DNA of 28,313 nt. It comes from a virus (lineage: Duplodnaviria > Heunggongvirae > Uroviricota > Caudoviricetes). Both the position numbers and the translations under genes were made by a program. Each line of letters opens with the position of its first letter. Position 1 is the first letter of the stretch. The notes under the pieces were generated by a model, which saw only the letters and a program-made list of their open reading frames with translations, ran no database searches and was not told where the DNA came from. Of this stretch, positions 8,076-16,797 are shown in pieces. The stretch spans positions 1 to 28,313 of IMG/VR virus record IMGVR_UViG_2721755712_000003. One strand, 5' to 3'.

Positions 8076-10869
8076 TATCCGGGTCGCTTTCAGCGCCGTT
8101 GACAGGCTGACCCAGCCTGCCGAAAACGCCCGCCGCCTGATGGGGCAGTTTGGTGACTCCATCCAGCGAACGCAGGGGGCGATCAAAAATCTCGAGCGTC
8201 AGGCGCGTTCATTTGAGCGCGCCCGCGACGCTGTCAGTAAAGCGGATGCGGGTATCGTGAAAGCACGACGCCAGCTTAACGCCCTTAATCAGTTACAACG
8301 CACGGGTACAGTGCTCAGCGAAAAACAACAAAAGCTGATGCAGCAGTTAAGCACCCGGCTTGAACGCCTGAATGAATCGCGCACGCGGGAAATTCAGAAA
8401 ATGCGGGAGCTTGGCGGAGAGCTGAAACGCCACGGCATTTCCCTGACAGGCAGCGATAACACCATCCAGCAGGCCATCAGACGCACCGAACAGTACAACA
8501 ATCAGCTTGAACGCGAACGGCAGGCGCTTGCGCGTGTAACGCGGGCGCGTGAGCGGTATTCGCGCGCGCAGGAAACAGCGGGAAAACTGAAAACAGGTGG
8601 TGCACTGGCAATTGGTGCGGCAGCGGCGGGCGGCTATGCTGCCGGGCGTTTTTTGCAGCCTGCGATCGGGTTCGGGAAAGAGATGTCCCGCGTTCAGGCA
8701 CTGACGCGAATCGACCAGAACAGCCCGCAGTTTAAGGCGCTGCGTGAGCAGGCGTTAAAACTTGGCTCTGAAACGCAGTTCACCGCAGGCGATGCCGCCA
8801 GTGGGCAGGCATTTCTGGCAATGGCTGGCTTCACACCGCAGGCCATTCAGGCTGCGCTTCCCGGCGTGCTGAGCATGGCAACGGCTGGCGGTATGGACCT
8901 TGGCGAGACGGCAGATATTGGCTCAAATATCCTGACGCAGTTCGGCCTCTCCGCTGACCAGATGGACCGGGTCGGTGACACGCTTACAGCAGTGTTTACC
9001 CGTACTAACACTGACCTTCGCGCACTGGGCGAAACCATGAAATATGCAGGTCCGGTGGCGGGTAAGCTGGGAATATCGCTGGAGCAGGCCGCAGCGATGG
9101 CGGGCGTGCTGGCGAATATGGGTATCAGAGGGAGTGATGCCGGGACGGCAATGCGTGCCAGCCTGGCTCGTCTGGCATCACCGCCAAAGGCGGCAGCAGA
9201 AGCGCTGAAAGAGCTGGGTGTGTCCGTCTCTGATGCGAACGGCAAAATGCGCCCGATGGAAGATGTGCTGGCCGACCTTTATAAAGCCACCCGTAAATAC
9301 GGGGAAGTTGACCGGGTATCGTTCTTTAAGGACATTGCCGGGGAAGAGGCTTTCACGTCGTTTATGGCTCTCGTTGATGCGGCGGGTGACGGCTCCCTGC
9401 CCAAACTGAGAAAAGAACTTGAGGGCGCACGCGGTGAGGCTGAACGCACGGCAAAGGTTATGGCCAATAACCTTGATGGCGACCTGAAATCACTCGGCAG
9501 TGCATGGGAAGGGCTGCGTATCCGCATTGCAGATCTGATTGATGGTCCGCTGCGTTCTGTCACGCAGTGGCTCACGCGGGTGGTCTCAAAGGTGACGGCG
9601 CTGGCACAGGCCCATCCGGTACTGACGCGCCAGTTACTGATAGCAGGCGGTGCGCTGCTGGCAATGACTGCAACGGTTGGCTCGTTGTCGCTGGTTATTG
9701 GAGTGCTTCACGGGAAGCTGGCCACGTTGCGTCTTGGTTTTTCTCTCCTGACCGGATCAATGAATGCTGTCAGGCTCCTGCCAGCACTATGGGGAATGGT
9801 GACGGGTTCCGTTTCGTTACTGGGGGGCGCTATCGGGGCGCTGTTCAGCCCGGTCGGATTGATTGCTGCTGCGTTTGTGGCTGCGGCAGTTCTCATCTGG
9901 AAATACTGGGAACCCATCAAGGCGTTTTATGCCGGGGTGTTCAGCGGGATTATGGAGCGGCTGGCCCCGTTACGCGAAACCTTTGAACGGTTTGGTCCTG
10001 TTTTTGACGCAATCGGAAGCGGGATAAGTCAGGTGTTTAACTGGTTTAAATCGTTGCTGTCACCGATGGAGTCCAGCAAGGAAACGCTGGATAAATGTAC
10101 CAGTGCTGGCGAGATATTCGGTAACGTTCTTGGCGGTGCGTTACAGCTTGTTCTGACGCCCGCAAAAATGTTGCTGGATACGCTGGCGTGGATACTTGAA
10201 AAACTCGGTGTGCTTCCGGATGAAGCGGAAAGGGCGAGAAAGAAAATCGAAGACGCACAGCGTGCGGCCATTCTTCAGGACAAGGTTGCTCTGTTTCAGG
10301 GAGACATTGCGAAAATCAATCCGCCGAAGTCTGCGGAAAATGGCAATGGCACCGGAGGTGATAAACCCAAAGACAATAAACCGCTCACAGACAGCAATAC
10401 CGGTACGCTACGCAGACTCAGCAAAATTGCTGATAACACAGGTAAGCTGGTTGATGAGACGAAAAAACGTATTGGCCCCGGCGATATTGTCTTTAAGAAC
10501 CTGCCCCGCGCACTTGCCGTTCGTGGGGAGTGGCAGGAGCGGAAGATTGTGCAGGTCAGTAAGCCTGCCCCCGCAATTAATATCACACCCGTGGTCCCGG
10601 CTCCGCTGCCTCCGGCGCTGGTCCCTGTTGTTGCGGCCAGCTCCCGCCCGGTGGCGGAGGCCATACGATCTCCAGTGGCATCAGTTCCTGTAACTTCCCG
10701 TAACCGGGAGCCTGTTGCCTCCGGATTTGGTGGTGAAATTCATGTTCATCTGCATAACGTTGTTACGCAGAATCCCCGCGAACTGGCGAAACTGGTCGGT
10801 GAAATGGTCAGGGCAGAAATGGAACGGCGCGCCCGTGCCGGGCGTGGCAGTTTTTACGATAAAGATTGA
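8053..10869 (+). CDS. T: tail tape measure protein
   Basis: About 938 aa, coiled-coil N-terminus, central hydrophobic block, Ala/Gly-rich segments, Pro-rich C-terminus. Start taken at ATG 8053 (or 8062), overlapping the E' end. Confidence 0.9.
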   Translation: MQTMKTLDIRVAFSAVDRLTQPAENARRLMGQFGDSIQRTQGAIKNLERQARSFERARDAVSKADAGIVKARRQLNALNQLQRTGTVLSEKQQKLMQQLSTRLERLNESRTREIQKMRELGGELKRHGISLTGSDNTIQQAIRRTEQYNNQLERERQALARVTRARERYSRAQETAGKLKTGGALAIGAAAAGGYAAGRFLQPAIGFGKEMSRVQALTRIDQNSPQFKALREQALKLGSETQFTAGDAASGQAFLAMAGFTPQAIQAALPGVLSMATAGGMDLGETADIGSNILTQFGLSADQMDRVGDTLTAVFTRTNTDLRALGETMKYAGPVAGKLGISLEQAAAMAGVLANMGIRGSDAGTAMRASLARLASPPKAAAEALKELGVSVSDANGKMRPMEDVLADLYKATRKYGEVDRVSFFKDIAGEEAFTSFMALVDAAGDGSLPKLRKELEGARGEAERTAKVMANNLDGDLKSLGSAWEGLRIRIADLIDGPLRSVTQWLTRVVSKVTALAQAHPVLTRQLLIAGGALLAMTATVGSLSLVIGVLHGKLATLRLGFSLLTGSMNAVRLLPALWGMVTGSVSLLGGAIGALFSPVGLIAAAFVAAAVLIWKYWEPIKAFYAGVFSGIMERLAPLRETFERFGPVFDAIGSGISQVFNWFKSLLSPMESSKETLDKCTSAGEIFGNVLGGALQLVLTPAKMLLDTLAWILEKLGVLPDEAERARKKIEDAQRAAILQDKVALFQGDIAKINPPKSAENGNGTGGDKPKDNKPLTDSNTGTLRRLSKIADNTGKLVDETKKRIGPGDIVFKNLPRALAVRGEWQERKIVQVSKPAPAINITPVVPAPLPPALVPVVAASSRPVAEAIRSPVASVPVTSRNREPVASGFGGEIHVHLHNVVTQNPRELAKLVGEMVRAEMERRARAGRGSFYDKD

Positions 10870-10881
10870 GGAGTCATGGCC

Positions 10882-11370
10882 ATGATGATGATCTACGGCA
10901 TGTTTGTTTTTGAGCTGCGCACGCTGCCGCATCAGCAGTTACAGCAAAACAAAAGCTGGCGGCATGTGAAAAATGAACGCGTTAACCGTTCAGCAAGCTG
11001 GCAGTATATCGGTGCAGGTGATGATCGCATCGTTCTTTCTGGTGTGCTTTATCCTGAAATTACAGGTGGCGAAGTGTCGCTGTCGCTGCTGACCACGCAG
11101 GCGTATACAGGACGACCCTGGCCTTTGATTGATGGCGTCGGGCAGATTTACGGCATGTATGTCCTGACCGGAACGAACACGACCCGTTCCGAGTTTGATC
11201 GCTACGGTAAGGCGAAAAAGATAGAATTTTCACTGACCCTTGAACGCTGTGATGAGGATTTGCGGGAGCGCCTGCAATCCTCATCGTTCAGCGATATGCT
11301 GTCCGGCTTCAAAGATAAAGTGACATCATCCCTTAACAGCGCGGCCAGTTCAGTTAAAGGGCTGTTCTGA
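10882..11370 (+). CDS. U: tail protein gpU
   Basis: MMMIYGMFVFELRTLP... matches the P2 gpU N-terminus as remembered (MMMVLGLFVFMLRT). GAGGAG SD 8 nt before ATG 10882. Confidence 0.9.
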   Translation: MMMIYGMFVFELRTLPHQQLQQNKSWRHVKNERVNRSASWQYIGAGDDRIVLSGVLYPEITGGEVSLSLLTTQAYTGRPWPLIDGVGQIYGMYVLTGTNTTRSEFDRYGKAKKIEFSLTLERCDEDLRERLQSSSFSDMLSGFKDKVTSSLNSAASSVKGLF

Positions 11371-11376
11371 TTTAAT

Positions 11377-11410
11377 GCTGGCCACTCATACCTGGTAATA
11401 AGTGGCCAGT
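11377..11410 (+). terminator. hairpin downstream of U (9-bp stem CTGGCCACT/AGTGGCCAG, 14-nt loop)
   Basis: Read directly; no U-run follows, so terminator function is uncertain. Lies at the proposed right inversion breakpoint. Confidence 0.3.
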
Positions 11411-11532
11411 CTTAACACTCACCATTTGATTGCACCCGCGTTAACGATTTGTTACTGGGTATCAGACATGCTGGATAGCCAGTAGAAACATACCATTAAA
11501 ATTATTACAATAATTGGTCACATGATTATCTT

Positions 11533-12020
11533 ATGCTGAATAATAGAGATATGAATATTAATGAACTTAAAGACTGTATTCACTATGAAGTAATCGGTAG
11601 CGAGCGTCCTTTCTCCTGGCGAAAGGCAATTGTTCGCGCAATAAAACATAGAAGACTTCGTTATTTATTTTGGTGGCGCATAGCCAAATACCTTTTTGAT
11701 AAAGGCGGATACTGCCGGAAGATTGCGGGGAAAATAGAACGTTTCATTCTTGATAAATATAATGTAACAGTCCCTTTAACTGTAAATATAGGGAAAGGCT
11801 TTGATATTTCTTATCTCAACAGTGTTGTTATCGGTCACAAAGTAACAATCGGTGAAAATTGTTCAATAAAACCGGGGGTAACTATTGGGCTACGTGGTGA
11901 TTTTAATGATATGGATATTGTTATAGGACATAATGTGACCATTGGTTGTAATGCCACCATTCTTGGTGGCAAAGTGCGTATAGGAAACAATGTCACAATA
12001 GGTGCTCATGCATTGGTAAC
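11533..12020 (+). pseudogene. left-handed beta-helix (hexapeptide-repeat) sugar O-acetyltransferase-like gene, WcaB/CysE-like, probably 3'-truncated
   Basis: AT-rich ORF with tandem [LIV]-G-x-x-x-x-[IV] hexapeptide repeats (VVIGHKVTIGENCSIKPGVTIG..., IVIGHNVTIG..., VRIGNNVTIGAHALV). Base composition switches at about 12010-12020, beyond which the ORF is antisense of the fibre gene. Confidence 0.6.
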
Positions 12021-12465
12021 CACCACCTTCAAGAACTTCAAGGAGTCCCTGACCATAACTTCCTTCTTCCGGATAGTTGCGGTCAAATGAAGCGATTGAG
12101 CCACTACTGTTTCGCCATAAACCAAGATGCTCTGCGCCTCCGAGCGTGTTCAGGTCAATGGTTGTGCTCAGGGGGCGTGTTGCAGACTGAACCTGACGCC
12201 AGTAACTCCACGGACCGTCTGAACCATTCCATGTGCCAGAAAGGTTGCGCATATAAACATTGCCTGTTCTGGTGGTGTAACGCTGCATTCCTGCAAAATT
12301 ACCGCCATTGAATACCTCCAGTACACCGACTGCACCGTCTTCAGGGAAATTTTTAGCAGCCGTCGCGTTAGTGGATGTAGCTTTAGACCAGACGCCAAGA
12401 TAAGCCTTAACGGGACCAAATGTATTCAAGTCAGCATCAAGCGGCATTTCGCCATTGTTTTTCAT
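12021..12465 (-). pseudogene. tail fibre C-terminal receptor-binding fragment (N-terminal shaft missing, C-terminus cut)
   Basis: Two tandem copies of a fibre-tip-like motif (DLNTFGPV...GVLEVFNGGNFAGMQRYTT...W..W and DLNTLGG...GLLEVLEGGG); the second copy breaks off at about 12021. Starts 5 bp after the J stop with no gpI gene between. Confidence 0.6.
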
Positions 12466-12470
12466 AAACG

Positions 12471-13316
12471 TCAGGCTGGTAACGCCAACATTGTCCAGAA
12501 AAGCGCCCTTATCTCCACGCGTTGCACACCGTGCACATGCAGTGCGGCAGCAATGGCGGACAACGCCACGTCCTGACCGATAAGCCCCTGCTCAGCCAGC
12601 CACTTCCTGAACGACGATTCAGCCGCAGCCAGAATAGGTTCGGATTCCGGGCCGGGATAAAAGTACAGTTTTGCATTCAGCCGCCATGTCACGATTCTGG
12701 CGCTCTGTACGGTCAGGCGGTCGGCCACCGGGCGGGTATCCTCTGCATTCAGAACGGCACGAACGGTATTAAGCAACGCCTCCGTTGCTGTGCCGTCGCC
12801 TTCAGTGGACAGGATGGAAACCGTCACACAGGCCGGAGACGGGCTGATGGCCCGCGCATCACGCACCAGACCGCTGGCGCTGCGTGCAAAATACTCGTAT
12901 GCACCTGACGGGCCAGCAACACTCAGGCCGTCGTACGCCCGCTGCGCCCGCAGTCTCAGCGAGGTGTCGCTCTCCATCACCGCGTCGGTGGTATCCGTTG
13001 CCGGAGTGATAACCAGGCGCTTTGTGTTCATATTGCCCGCGAGGTTGTCCAGGTCTGTCCCGGCGCTGTGGCTTAACATGCAGGCGCGTGCACCCTCATT
13101 GACCCGCTGGCGTAACAGCATTTCACGAAACGCTGTTGTCTGGGCGATAACGTTCAGGGGTTCCGATTCCAGCTCCAGCGCAGCGGAAACGGCTTCACGC
13201 TGTTCGGCGGGATAAGCTGCAATCATCATGGCCTTTGTGTCAGCCAGAATTGCTTCAAAGTCAGGCTCCGCGATGATGGCGGGTTCTGGTAACTGGGAAA
13301 GGTCAACGGCGGGCAT
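12471..13316 (-). CDS. J: baseplate assembly protein gpJ
   Basis: 281 aa, follows W in canonical order; slightly shorter than the roughly 300 aa expected, so the C-terminus may be affected by the adjacent deletion. Confidence 0.8.
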   Translation of the reverse strand: MPAVDLSQLPEPAIIAEPDFEAILADTKAMMIAAYPAEQREAVSAALELESEPLNVIAQTTAFREMLLRQRVNEGARACMLSHSAGTDLDNLAGNMNTKRLVITPATDTTDAVMESDTSLRLRAQRAYDGLSVAGPSGAYEYFARSASGLVRDARAISPSPACVTVSILSTEGDGTATEALLNTVRAVLNAEDTRPVADRLTVQSARIVTWRLNAKLYFYPGPESEPILAAAESSFRKWLAEQGLIGQDVALSAIAAALHVHGVQRVEIRALFWTMLALPA

Positions 13317-13319
13317 GAT

Positions 13320-13670
13320 TTACTCCCTCAGCGTGATGGTTAACTCAACATTCTGCATGGTCTGCATGACAGTGCCCGACAGCGTCACCCCGGCGCGGCC
13401 TCCCGCTTTCCAGACAACGTCAATGGCATCCAGGGCAATGCGGGGTTCCCATCGTGTCAGCGCAATCACGGCAGCACTCATGCATTGCAGACGCGTGGTG
13501 TTATTCATGGGTTCGTCAATCAAATCAGGCACAAGGCTGCCATATTCCCGTCGCATAACCCGGCTTGCCAGCGGGGTGGTCAGGATGTCCCTGACTGACT
13601 GTTTCAGGTGCTCCATATCGTTCAGGTTTCCCGTTCCGTCCGGGTTCATTCCTGTGTAGCGGGTTGTCAC
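13320..13670 (-). CDS. W: baseplate protein gpW
   Basis: 116 aa; position and size between V and J; start overlaps the V stop. Confidence 0.85.
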   Translation of the reverse strand: MTTRYTGMNPDGTGNLNDMEHLKQSVRDILTTPLASRVMRREYGSLVPDLIDEPMNNTTRLQCMSAAVIALTRWEPRIALDAIDVVWKAGGRAGVTLSGTVMQTMQNVELTITLRE

Positions 13671-14248
13671 TGTGGGCCTCCTGTCGAATCGCTGCCGCCT
13701 TTCACGCCACCGTGTTTATGCGTATGCACTGTAATGCCGTTTGAGGTGAAGTTGCCGCCGCTGTGCGTGATATTGCCGCTCATCTTTCCTCCTTTTGTGA
13801 CGTCAAGCGTCGCCGTTCTCAGAAGGTTTGTGCATTCCACGACGGGCGTATCCAGTTTCACGCTGACGGATGCCTGTAAAGTGGCCGTTTTCATGCCGCT
13901 GGCGCTCAGTGCGCCAGCGTCCGCGTCGTAGCGGAACACCGCGCCGTCCGGCGCGCTGATCACGATTTCTTTCAGGCTTTTGCCGGGGGCCGGACTGGCA
14001 TCACTCCACAGGCTGCCAATTATCATGGCGGTTTCCGGGTTGCCGCCAATGCAGGCAATTACCACCTGTTCGCCGGGTGATGGCGGCAGCCACACATTGA
14101 AGGCTCCCGCGCGCGTGGTGTTCCAGCGCAACCAGTCTGTTTCCAGTTCGCCGCTGCGAACGCGCACGCGCCAGGACTTCTCATCAACTTCAGAGATGAT
14201 CCCGGTGCGGATGATATTGCTCAGCAGTCGCATGAGTTCTGCGCTCAC
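13667..14248 (-). CDS. V: baseplate spike protein gpV
   Basis: 193 aa, canonical position; Gly-rich C-terminus. Confidence 0.85.
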   Translation of the reverse strand: MSAELMRLLSNIIRTGIISEVDEKSWRVRVRSGELETDWLRWNTTRAGAFNVWLPPSPGEQVVIACIGGNPETAMIIGSLWSDASPAPGKSLKEIVISAPDGAVFRYDADAGALSASGMKTATLQASVSVKLDTPVVECTNLLRTATLDVTKGGKMSGNITHSGGNFTSNGITVHTHKHGGVKGGSDSTGGPQ

Positions 14249-14889
14249 CGTACAGCCTCCGCAATCCGGCCCAGCACCGTGTTATAAATCAGGCGCTCAT
14301 CTGTCTGGCTGATACCCAGCAGCTCACGTGCCGGGTAATTGGTGAAAATGCCCGGCGCAACCTGATCGCGCTCACCGAACTGATGAACGCGGGCAATACG
14401 TGCGGCCACGCCGCTGTAACCCACCGTCACACCGGAAGCATCTGCACGGGCTTTCAGGTAGCGGGCGGTGCGCAGTTTTACGAACATGGGGACGCGCTTT
14501 GTGCTGTCCTGGTTGATGCGCCGGGTGCGTATTTCCAGAAAACGGTCGATGTCATCCCGGTAAAACGTGCGGATATTGTTTTTATCCTCATCCCACCCGG
14601 TAATGGTTCGCCCGTATTTCCCCGTGTCGTGATGCCAGTTTTTCAGCGTGCGTGCTTCGTTATTCCAGATAAAGCGAATGCGTTCCTGTATCCGGGTTAC
14701 GCGGCGTCTGCGTGGTGTCCACGCGGTCCCGTCCGGCGCTTTCTGTGACCGGATACGCGCCTGCTGGGCGCGGCGTAAATCCTGTGCCAGCTTTCTGGCG
14801 ATGTTATTGATGGCCTGCTGATTCAGGCTGTCGCGGATGGCCTCAAAGGTTTCATCCACGCGGGTGAATGCCTTATCCATCGCTTTCAC
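14245..14889 (-). CDS. S: tail completion / virion morphogenesis protein, gpS-like
   Basis: Between R and V; 214 aa if started at 14889, longer than the roughly 150 aa expected, so the true start may be internal. Confidence 0.6.
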   Translation of the reverse strand: MKAMDKAFTRVDETFEAIRDSLNQQAINNIARKLAQDLRRAQQARIRSQKAPDGTAWTPRRRRVTRIQERIRFIWNNEARTLKNWHHDTGKYGRTITGWDEDKNNIRTFYRDDIDRFLEIRTRRINQDSTKRVPMFVKLRTARYLKARADASGVTVGYSGVAARIARVHQFGERDQVAPGIFTNYPARELLGISQTDERLIYNTVLGRIAEAVR

Positions 14890-15340
14890 CCCACGTCACA
14901 TCCTGGAATACATGCGACCAGTCGCCTTCGGAAGATGGCAGGCGGGGTTTTGGCTCCGGCAGGTGTTCTGCCTGCGGTGTGCCCTGACTGCTGCGCGTGA
15001 TGCGAACGCGTTCCCGCAGGGGGAGCGTAAACAGGAGATCGGCGCTGTCATCGTCATTGATAACGGCGGAAAATTTGATGTCCTGATTACGCTCAGGGTT
15101 GAGCAACAATTGTGGCTGATTTTCGGATAACCACGCCAGCAGCGGCAGCGTGAGGTCGTCCAGCTCCCCGGCGTAATCCATGACAAACATCACCATCTGA
15201 TAGCGGTAAACAAACGATGGGGTTTCTCCTGTCGTTTCAATGTTGCCGCTCTCCACGAAAATGGTGAATTTTTCCGGGTTGGCCTGACACCATCGGCATG
15301 AACGGGTCATGGCTTCACGCAGGGAATCAGTTTTCAGCAT
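14873..15340 (-). CDS. R: tail completion protein gpR
   Basis: 155 aa, the size and position of P2 gpR downstream of the lysis genes. Confidence 0.8.
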   Translation of the reverse strand: MLKTDSLREAMTRSCRWCQANPEKFTIFVESGNIETTGETPSFVYRYQMVMFVMDYAGELDDLTLPLLAWLSENQPQLLLNPERNQDIKFSAVINDDDSADLLFTLPLRERVRITRSSQGTPQAEHLPEPKPRLPSSEGDWSHVFQDVTWGESDG

Positions 15341-15617
15341 GGTTGTTATCCTCGTTGTTCAGTCGTTGCAGCCTGCGCTGTTCCAGTAATTCAATGGCCC
15401 GTTTATCCGCGTTACAGGTTTCCAGTGCATCCAGAAGGCGGTCGCCCCATATACCGAGATTTCCCCATGTGGGAGTATCAGGGAAGGGGGGAGGCGTTAC
15501 CGGTATGGTCAGCGTCTGCGGTATAAGCCGGACTGACGGCGCTGGCCGTGGCGCGTTCTGCGTGCCTGCGCAGCCTGTCAGTAAAACGAGCGTCAGGCAA
15601 AGCGTGGGCGCATTCAT
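15327..15617 (-). CDS. o-spanin (Rz1/LysC-like outer-membrane lipoprotein)
   Basis: Lipobox LLTGC, Pro-rich mature region (PPPFPDTP); overlaps the i-spanin gene out of frame. Start at M1 (15647) or M11 (15617) is uncertain. Confidence 0.6.
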   Translation of the reverse strand: MNAPTLCLTLVLLTGCAGTQNAPRPAPSVRLIPQTLTIPVTPPPFPDTPTWGNLGIWGDRLLDALETCNADKRAIELLEQRRLQRLNNEDNNHAEN

Positions 15618-15885
15618 CTTTTGCAATATCGTTGCGTAGCTGTTCACGTCTTACCTCTCCGTCCTGATTGCGTTGCTGATTTTCCACGCGGAGTTGCGCC
15701 AGCACCTGCTGCATATCCTGTACCCCGGCGCTGATAATATTCAGGGTGTCGGCGGTACTTTTCAGGGTGCTGGCCTGCGCTTCGTTTCTGGCGTTCTCCC
15801 GGCCCAGCGACCACGACAGACGCATGGATGTTCCCCATCCAGCAATCAGAAGGAAAGCGACGCCCAGCGTGGGCCAGAGCTTCAT
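15478..15885 (-). CDS. i-spanin (Rz/LysB-like)
   Basis: ATG 15883-15885 overlaps the endolysin stop (ATGA); N-terminal TM (LWPTLGVAFLLIAGWG) then a coiled-coil-like periplasmic part. Confidence 0.6.
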   Translation of the reverse strand: MKLWPTLGVAFLLIAGWGTSMRLSWSLGRENARNEAQASTLKSTADTLNIISAGVQDMQQVLAQLRVENQQRNQDGEVRREQLRNDIAKDECAHALPDARFTDRLRRHAERATASAVSPAYTADADHTGNASPLP

Positions 15886-16274
15886 GCCGGATAGGCTCCG
15901 TGTGGTAACTGAAAATGCGGTCCGTCTTTCAGGGTCTTCCAGTCGCCGCCCCATTCCACCGGAATATTCAGTTCCCGGCTGGCCTGTCTGAATGCTGCTG
16001 CGATTTTTTCGTACAGCGGCCATTCCCATGACACCTGGCTGCCGATATAAGCCACAACATCCACGGCATGTCCCGTAAGGTGGCGGCTGTTCATGGTCTG
16101 GCTCTTACCCGTGGCCACCAGTTGCTTCTGGTGGTAACGGCTGCGCAACCCTTCGGTGATACCAAAATCCACTTCCGAAATTTCCAGTGCCCGTCGGGTC
16201 ACTTTCACCAGATCAGGATTTACGCCCTGCAAATTCTTTTCGCTCCGGCTGCTGAATTTAAATGTGTTGCTCAT
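15882..16274 (-). CDS. endolysin, M15-type peptidase (L-alanyl-D-glutamate peptidase-like)
   Basis: 130 aa with SRHLTGHAVDV and WGGDW blocks typical of peptidase M15 endolysins; start overlaps the holin stop. Confidence 0.75.
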   Translation of the reverse strand: MSNTFKFSSRSEKNLQGVNPDLVKVTRRALEISEVDFGITEGLRSRYHQKQLVATGKSQTMNSRHLTGHAVDVVAYIGSQVSWEWPLYEKIAAAFRQASRELNIPVEWGGDWKTLKDGPHFQLPHGAYPA

Positions 16275-16594
16275 TCGTCCTTCTCCTTCACCCTGCGATT
16301 AAAGGCTGCAATAACCTTGTCGCGTGCTTTCTCTGCGCCCATAAAACCGATTGATGCGCCGATAAACGTCACGGCATCTTCAGGAAAACCGAAGAAGCGC
16401 AACGATCCGGCCACGGCCATGGCAAGAACGCCGCACGCCAGCGATCCCGTTACGGTCTGAACCAGTGTTCGTCCGTCATAAAGACTCATCAGCGCGGAAA
16501 TGCTGACCGCCGCGCCTACTGCATACACCGTTGGCAGGTGGTCAAAGAGCCACGCAATAACCTGCTCTGTGATCCCTGTTTGAATGGTGCTCAC
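16271..16594 (-). CDS. holin
   Basis: GTG start with GGGGAG SD, 2 nt after the X stop; about 108 aa with two or three hydrophobic helices and a charged C-terminus (KVIAAFNRRVKEKDE). Confidence 0.65.
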   Translation of the reverse strand: MSTIQTGITEQVIAWLFDHLPTVYAVGAAVSISALMSLYDGRTLVQTVTGSLACGVLAMAVAGSLRFFGFPEDAVTFIGASIGFMGAEKARDKVIAAFNRRVKEKDE

Positions 16595-16596
16595 TG

Positions 16597-16797
16597 CTAC
16601 TCCCCCCACAACTGAATCATTTCTCGTTTCTTCTTCTCCGGCTCCGGCATCTCCACTTCCTGCCCGGCGTCCAGAAATACCTGCTGACAGAGTCCGGGGT
16701 TGGCATCCAGCACCTTTTCGGTGACGCCCTGCGTCGTGCCGTAGTACCGGAAACAGAGCGAATCCACGGTGTCGCCTTCCAGTACCTTCACTTTCAT
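16597..16797 (-). CDS. X: tail protein gpX (LysM-like)
   Basis: MKVKVLEGDTVDSLCFRYYG...ANPG... resembles P2 gpX as remembered (LQGDTLDAICVRYYG...ANPGL). Start overlaps the L stop. Confidence 0.85.
   Translation of the reverse strand: MKVKVLEGDTVDSLCFRYYGTTQGVTEKVLDANPGLCQQVFLDAGQEVEMPEPEKKKREMIQLWGE

Noticed and set aside
6387-10693. Antisense or alternative-frame ORFs inside FI and the tape measure gene (e.g. 6387..6728, 8477..8701, 8847..9245, 9279..9575, 9567..9986, 10196..10693, 10296..10664)
   Set aside because: They lie within confidently identified genes, have biased Arg/Ser/Pro-rich compositions typical of GC-rich antisense frames, and lack ribosome-binding sites.
11890-12090. Overlapping tails of the fibre ORF (11890-12020) and acetyltransferase ORF (12021-12090)
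   Set aside because: Each is the antisense of the other gene beyond the composition and homology breakpoint at about 12020; they are run-on reading, not coding.
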